A program made the position numbers and the translations under genes. Of a stretch of DNA of 64,000 bases, positions 58,866 through 64,000 are shown piece by piece. Under the pieces are notes generated by a model. The model did no database searches. It saw nothing but the letters and a program-made list of their open reading frames with translations, and was not told the origin of the DNA. Numbering within the stretch: position 1 is the stretch's first letter; the number at the start of each line of letters is the position of its first letter. The stretch comes from Rubripirellula sp. (lineage in GTDB: Bacteria; Planctomycetota; Planctomycetia; Pirellulales; Pirellulaceae): positions 2,784,001-2,848,000 of the forward strand of contig OZ244207.1 of the NCBI GenBank assembly GCA_965216875.1, read 5' to 3'.

Positions 58866-58903
58866 CGTACATACCTTCGCCAGAAGGTGAGAAATACACC
58901 TTC
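58866..58903. repeat. Partial family A arm forming a short hairpin between convergent genes
   Basis: CGTACATACCTTCGCCAGAAGGTG; GAAGGTG / CACCTTC stem at 58883-58903. Confidence 0.65.
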
Positions 58904-58955
58904 ATCTCTCCACCAAATGATCCGGCGCGTGCAAGATGGGCACGTCCATCAACCC

Positions 58956-59783
58956 TCACTCTTTCCTGGCGGCCCAACGAATCGCTTCGATGATATGTTG
59001 CCGACCAAACTTCGTTTCAAGCGAGCGCACATCGTGCCCAAGCTCGGTATAGAAGAAACGACCGTCATTGGACGTATTGATCCAAGCAATCGGATGGTCG
59101 TCTCCCATCGCTTTTCCGCCGCGTGTTTTGAAGTAGTCACGTACCGGTTCGAAGGTTGATTCATCGACTCTCAGGAGGACTTGGATTCCCGACTGGCCTG
59201 TCACCGTCCGGTCATGATTCGTCCAGTCAGCGTGGTACATGAACGATTCTCCGAACCCCTTCACGGCTGGGTGATCTTTGGCAGCAGGATCAACGACCAC
59301 GCGTGCCTCCAAAAACTCGGAGTCACTGTTGAAGTCGCATCCGGCCAATTTGTTGAACCAAGGCCATTCTGTTTGCCGCACAAGGGCTGCATGAAGCGCA
59401 ACGATGCCACCACCTTCTTTGTACCACGCTTCGATTTTTGCTCGTTGGCTCTCGTCGAGGATCTTTGTCAGCTGGTTGGAGTTGTTCAGCACTAACACGT
59501 CATAGCGATCGAGCAAGCTGGTGAGATCACGTGGCGTCTCGGTCACATCGACTTGCATGTTCAAATCGTCCGAAAGTCGCGCAAGCCATCCGCTGATGGC
59601 TGCCGTCTCGGGATGTCGATACCATCCGGTGCCCGAAAACACTAACACCGCCCCTGTATCCTTCGGCCCTCGATTCGGCTTCTTTTCGGGTTCATGCGCC
59701 ATCGCTGGCATCGCGGAAACCACAGCCAACAACGTTACTACAAGTGCGAGCAACGAAACTCTCAATCGACGGACCAACATCAC
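58956..59783 (-). CDS. ThuA-like domain secreted protein
   Basis: VLVFSGTGWYRH, GGGIVALHAA, VLLRVDE, MGDDHPIAW, FYTELGH. Confidence 0.88.
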   Translation of the reverse strand: MMLVRRLRVSLLALVVTLLAVVSAMPAMAHEPEKKPNRGPKDTGAVLVFSGTGWYRHPETAAISGWLARLSDDLNMQVDVTETPRDLTSLLDRYDVLVLNNSNQLTKILDESQRAKIEAWYKEGGGIVALHAALVRQTEWPWFNKLAGCDFNSDSEFLEARVVVDPAAKDHPAVKGFGESFMYHADWTNHDRTVTGQSGIQVLLRVDESTFEPVRDYFKTRGGKAMGDDHPIAWINTSNDGRFFYTELGHDVRSLETKFGRQHIIEAIRWAARKE

Positions 59784-59892
59784 GAATCTATCCTGGGTGC
59801 AAGAATCAACGGTCTCTCAGTGACGCAACAACCTAGTTTTCAGCCGATGCAATGGCAAGAGACGCGGTCAACAAAGGGGATCGCCGAGCATG

Positions 59893-61986
59893 CTAATCGA
59901 CACTGATGCTCTCGGTATTGCGTCCAATCCCGTCGTGCCCATTGCCGGACGAGTCTCGGAAGAGGTCGCTTCCCGGTTCATCGTCAAATTGTAAAAGGAC
60001 GAGCGTGGCGTCGGTCTTGTCGAGCGAACTCGGTGGTGTGAATCTGGTCTCATCCGGATAGACAACTTCCTGTGAAATCCTTACCGCATCGATGGCGCCG
60101 ATAAAGAATCGATCGTTCTCACCGCGCGGCAGTCGAGTGGGATCGACACCGCCAACAAACAGTCCCGGCTCCGTTTCGCTCAACTGAAAACGTATCGGAG
60201 ACTGTCGCACAAACTTCCCATCAACGAAAAGCCTTAAGTTCTCGCCGTCCCATGTCCCAGCAATGTGCTGCCACGATCCCGAAAGGTCGCGGGTCGGTTC
60301 GTTTGAGACCGCAAACAACGATCGGCCTTGTTGCAACCGCCCAACGCCCCATTGTCCGTTATGGAAGAGCGTCATCCAGTTCGGGCCCAACCAACAAACC
60401 GGGTTGGCAACATGGACACGATCGAGCCGAGCAAACATCTCAAGCGTCACTTGATCGCCCGGGCCAAAATCGATCGACGGCACATGCACGTACCCGTTGC
60501 CGCGAAACACGAGAGCACGATTGTTGCTTTGCGCCGACGGCAAGACGGACTCGCCCGCCGACACCCGAACCGGCACCTCGTCGGATCGATCGCCTCGCGT
60601 CACCACAAAGACAACGCCTGCGACACCCAACGCGAAACATGCCCCTGCGATCCAAATGAAATTCCGTTGCGATTGTCGCGACGGATTGGAACGCTCAGGT
60701 TTTGAAGGTTGTTCGATCTGCGGCAAGACGGGACCACTTTCATTAGCCCCATCAGACAACGCATCGAGCTTTTCCAGAACAGCGTCCATCGTTTGCGGAC
60801 GTTGCGCAGGTTCCTTGGCCATCATTTGATTGGCGAGCTGCGTCAACTGTGCTGGAATCGGCTCGGAGACCTCCAACGCCGGAATCGGTGCAGTGGCGTG
60901 GGCCAAAATCGTGTCGACAACCGATTCACCTTGGTACGGCGGCCGTCCGCTTACCAGAAAGTACAGCACACAGCCCAAGGAATAGATGTCGCTTCGAGCA
61001 TCGGCGGCGCGCGTGTTGCGAGCTTGTTCGGGAGCCATGTAGCTTGCCGTACCCATCACCGCACCCGACTGAGTCAGCGGCGCCGTCGCGTCCGAATCGT
61101 CGTTGTCCTGGTCTTGATCGAGTCCAAGGCGTGCCAAACCGAGGTCAAGAATCTTGACCGTCCCCCCTTTTTCCAACAACAGGTTCGCTGGCTTAATGTC
61201 TCGATGAACAACGTCGTTGTCGTGCGCGTATTTCAAGCCCCGGGCGACATCGCGAACACAGCGAACCGCTTCTTGCCATGGCATCGGACCACGTTGGCCA
61301 ACGTGCTTTCTCAGATCGATTCCATCGACCAACTCGGTAACCAAGTAGGGGCGTCCATCCATCTCGCCTGCATCGTAAGCCGTGACGACATTCGGATGCG
61401 ATAACTTGGCAGCCGCCAAGACTTCTCGACGAAAGCGTTTCCGTAGTGCGTCTTGATTTCCCAAGTCGCTCCGCATGACCTTGATGGCCACTTCACGTTG
61501 CATCGAACGATGAACGGCATGGTAAACCGTCCCCATGCCGCCGCCACCAATCTTGCCCGCGATCTCGTATTGCCCAAGCTGCGTGGGCGCGGCATCATCG
61601 ATTTCGGTAGCACCACCGGGCGTCAAAGAAAGACGGCTATCCTCATCAGCGCCCAGCGCGGGCGCAGTTTGATCCCCGCGTCGTCCATCGGTGTCGGAAA
61701 GACTTTCCTGAAGCAGTGTCGCAAAGTAACCAGGACGCGTTTTCGGAAAACGCTTCTCGAATTCGGCCACAAGCAACGTTTCGCCGCAACCGGCGCGATA
61801 CTCCATTTCAATGGGCACCATTTGCTCAGTCGCTTCACCGTGCAACGCCTCAGGGAGCTCCCCCAGGAAATCCTCCGTCTTGGGATGATCGGTCCTATCG
61901 GAATCGCGCCATTGGCGCAGCGCCTCCTCGAATGCATCGCAGCAGCGATTGATCGCAAGCAGGTCGTCGGCATCCAATCGACTCAT
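59893..61986 (-). CDS. Hanks-type Ser/Thr kinase with TM helix and C-terminal LamG-like domain
   Basis: IGGGGMGTVY, VAIK, HRDIKPANL, DLGLA, YMAPE; TM; WQHIAGTWDG...LFVDG...FIGAIDAVRIS. Confidence 0.93.
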   Translation of the reverse strand: MSRLDADDLLAINRCCDAFEEALRQWRDSDRTDHPKTEDFLGELPEALHGEATEQMVPIEMEYRAGCGETLLVAEFEKRFPKTRPGYFATLLQESLSDTDGRRGDQTAPALGADEDSRLSLTPGGATEIDDAAPTQLGQYEIAGKIGGGGMGTVYHAVHRSMQREVAIKVMRSDLGNQDALRKRFRREVLAAAKLSHPNVVTAYDAGEMDGRPYLVTELVDGIDLRKHVGQRGPMPWQEAVRCVRDVARGLKYAHDNDVVHRDIKPANLLLEKGGTVKILDLGLARLGLDQDQDNDDSDATAPLTQSGAVMGTASYMAPEQARNTRAADARSDIYSLGCVLYFLVSGRPPYQGESVVDTILAHATAPIPALEVSEPIPAQLTQLANQMMAKEPAQRPQTMDAVLEKLDALSDGANESGPVLPQIEQPSKPERSNPSRQSQRNFIWIAGACFALGVAGVVFVVTRGDRSDEVPVRVSAGESVLPSAQSNNRALVFRGNGYVHVPSIDFGPGDQVTLEMFARLDRVHVANPVCWLGPNWMTLFHNGQWGVGRLQQGRSLFAVSNEPTRDLSGSWQHIAGTWDGENLRLFVDGKFVRQSPIRFQLSETEPGLFVGGVDPTRLPRGENDRFFIGAIDAVRISQEVVYPDETRFTPPSSLDKTDATLVLLQFDDEPGSDLFRDSSGNGHDGIGRNTESISVD

Positions 61987-62624
61987 CCAGGAATCTCCGG
62001 CGCGGCACTATCGTCGCAAAGTTGCTCTGACAGCAGATGCCGAACAATACTCATCTTTCTTTCGATCGTGCGTCGCGAACAATCAAGCCGCTTGGCAAGT
62101 TCACCAATCGTTTCACCTGACATTCGCGCAACCGCGACCTGTCGCAATTGAGCGTCGCCCGTCGCATCGAGCCGAGTCAAGAGAATCTGAAACTGCTCGG
62201 ACAACTCCGCAGCAAATTCAGGCGTCGGACTCGAATCGAGGAACACGTCGGCATTCTCGGTAGCCTGAACGAGGGCCTGGGGCGTTGGGGAATCAGCCTT
62301 CCCCGTGCCACCTCGCTTTTTACGGTTTTCGTGCCGAATGGCGTCAACCGATTTGTGCGCGGTGATCGAAACAAGGAGCGGCCATAGGTTCTCTCGACTG
62401 ACCAGCTGTTCGAACCTGCCTTCGCGCGCAGCCAGGCAAAAACTCTTGAGTGCACTTAGTGCGACATCTTCCTCATCACGAACCGCACGCTTTGCCCCCG
62501 CCAATTGGGAAGCTGCGAAGCGAGTCAGCTTCTCGAAATAGGCGGACCACAACCGCTCGGCCGCCAACGAATCACCGGCACGAACGCCGTCGATCCAAGC
62601 GGTGATTTCTTGCGAGGTGGTCAT
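61983..62624 (-). CDS. ECF-type RNA polymerase sigma factor (planctomycete kinase-associated type)
   Basis: ITAWIDGVRAGD...AAERLW, DEEDVALSA, KKRGG, region-4 ELAKRLDCSRRTIERK; ATGA overlap with the kinase. Confidence 0.9.
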   Translation of the reverse strand: MTTSQEITAWIDGVRAGDSLAAERLWSAYFEKLTRFAASQLAGAKRAVRDEEDVALSALKSFCLAAREGRFEQLVSRENLWPLLVSITAHKSVDAIRHENRKKRGGTGKADSPTPQALVQATENADVFLDSSPTPEFAAELSEQFQILLTRLDATGDAQLRQVAVARMSGETIGELAKRLDCSRRTIERKMSIVRHLLSEQLCDDSAAPEIPG

Positions 62625-62782
62625 GTTGAGAAGTCCAAGAAAAGTCGGCTGGAAAAAAGTTTCAGTTTTTTGTCGCACCTCGGTCCCGATTGGCGAGCAA
62701 CGGGTAAAGGCACGTTTTCTGGGGCATTCCCGCCGTGCTTCTCATCATATCGCGAATTCGACGCACACAAAGGATACCAGCG

Positions 62783-64000
62783 ATGACCCGACGACATTCC
62801 TCACGCAAATCGATGTCCAGCCGCCTTCACTCAAACAAACGCCGCCACTCAAACAAACGAGTTGCCCTAACGCGACGACGTCACGCTCGACTTGAAACGC
62901 TTGAGACTCGACGACTGCTTGCCGCCGGCACGGATGACCTTGCGCCTCTCAGTGACGAATTCGCAGACGCGAGTAGCCAATCGGCCTGGATCCGGATCAA
63001 CGAAACCGAAGGATGGAACGCCGACCAATTGCAAGTCTGGGATGTCAACGAAACACAACCCGGCCGCATGGTCATGCAGCCCAATACCGTGGTCTGGTAC
63101 GAAAACTATCGTGGCCCGATGGCCTACAAAGAAGTGACAGGCGATTTCGTGATCACGACTGAAGTGCATATCACCGACCGCGACGATGTCGGCCAGTCCG
63201 ATCCTGACGATGTTCCCGATGACGCCCATTTTTCACTTGGTGGCGTCATGATTCGTTCACCTCGCGATTTGACCAACGCGCCCGTCGAGTGGACGCCCGG
63301 CGGCGAAAACTATGTCTTCCTTTCGCTCGGCCACGGCACAGACGGTAACTTCACCTACGAGGTCAAAACCACCCAAGACAGCGTCTCCAACCTTGAACTC
63401 ACGCCGACCAACACGAACACAGCAACGCTTCAAATTGCGCGCATCGGTAACTCAGTCATCACGTTGCGTCGTGAACCGGGACAAGACTGGATCGTGCACG
63501 ATCGCTTCACTCGAACCGACATGCCCGAATCGCTTCAAGTCGGCCTGGTCTCCTACACCGACTGGACCAAAGCAAACGATTTCACGCCATTCTTTCACAA
63601 CGGCAATGTGCTCCAGCCCGGCGTAGCTCCCGATCCAACTCCCGGCGAAAGCTTCGATCCCGACCTCGTCGCGGGCTACGAATACGCTCGATTCGCACGC
63701 CCCGAAGTGCCCGCCGCACTCGAGGGCGTTGACCTTGTCGGCGCCGCGACCGATGCCCAGCTTCTCTCCTTCCTCGGCGACACTCCCAATCAACCCGCGT
63801 CGATCGACTCCGACGTGGCCGCCATTGACGTTCGCTTTATCGACCTTGACGGAAATCCGATCGAGTCGGTGGAAGTCGGTGAGTCATTCCTCGTCGAACT
63901 TGGTGTCGACGATTTACGAATGGCAGGCACGGGCGTGTTCAGCGCTTATGCCGATGCCGAGTTTGATCCATTGCTGGTGACAACCGGTACCGTTAGCTTC
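62783..64000 (+). CDS. Large secreted planctomycete protein, 3' end outside window (Planc_extracel leader, ConA/DUF1349-like domain, start of a cohesin-like domain)
   Basis: Manual translation from ATG 62783 (AAGGA upstream) stays open to 64000: ...RRRHARLETLETRRLLAAG...VTGDFVITTEV...GGVMIR...LQIARIGN...LQVGLV...DLDGNPIESVEVGESF...GVFSAYAD. It is absent from the ORF track because no stop codon falls in the window. Confidence 0.88.
   Translation, partial: MTRRHSSRKSMSSRLHSNKRRHSNKRVALTRRRHARLETLETRRLLAAGTDDLAPLSDEFADASSQSAWIRINETEGWNADQLQVWDVNETQPGRMVMQPNTVVWYENYRGPMAYKEVTGDFVITTEVHITDRDDVGQSDPDDVPDDAHFSLGGVMIRSPRDLTNAPVEWTPGGENYVFLSLGHGTDGNFTYEVKTTQDSVSNLELTPTNTNTATLQIARIGNSVITLRREPGQDWIVHDRFTRTDMPESLQVGLVSYTDWTKANDFTPFFHNGNVLQPGVAPDPTPGESFDPDLVAGYEYARFARPEVPAALEGVDLVGAATDAQLLSFLGDTPNQPASIDSDVAAIDVRFIDLDGNPIESVEVGESFLVELGVDDLRMAGTGVFSAYADAEFDPLLVTTGTVSF

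Noticed and set aside
62892..63980. Short track ORFs at the right end of the window
   Set aside because: They are alternative frames of the single long ORF from 62783 that runs off the window.
1..64000. Prophage, IS element, defence system or BGC core enzymes
   Set aside because: No integrase, transposase, phage structural, RM/Cas, PKS or NRPS motifs, and no obvious compositional island by eye.

Overview
This 64 kb window looks like core chromosome of a planctomycete, probably Pirellulaceae. The evidence is a Planc_extracel-type RLETLETRRLLA leader, an ECF sigma/Ser-Thr kinase pair, DUF1598, a sulfatase and PQQ-type propellers. It holds about 47 CDSs and I see no rRNA, tRNA, CRISPR, prophage or transposase. 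Main content: the 3' end of alaS; an MFS/spermidine-synthase-like fusion; a sulfatase; CRTAC1 and WD40 proteins; a compact c-di-GMP operon (HD-GYP, PilZ, GGDEF); a K+ channel; an orphan secretin with many N-domains plus lipoproteins; HU/IHF with a small lipoprotein; an FAD/FeS oxidoreductase-moaD-moaE-cysteine desulfurase-YkgJ operon next to folE; a divergent dcd; a GAF-HlyD plus RRE/M50-HlyD export pair with no ABC transporter; an FHA-GAF sigma54 activator; an FG-GAP/sialidase fusion; a stand-alone MacB periplasmic domain with an adaptor; and an ECF/kinase pair divergent from a large secreted protein that the ORF track misses. The most striking non-coding signal is a set of at least six REP/REPIN-like palindrome families. 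They nest inside each other, form mixed pairs, sit on or just behind stop codons, and co-occur with 17-22 bp tandem micro-duplications. All family assignments come from motif recognition by eye; no database search was run.
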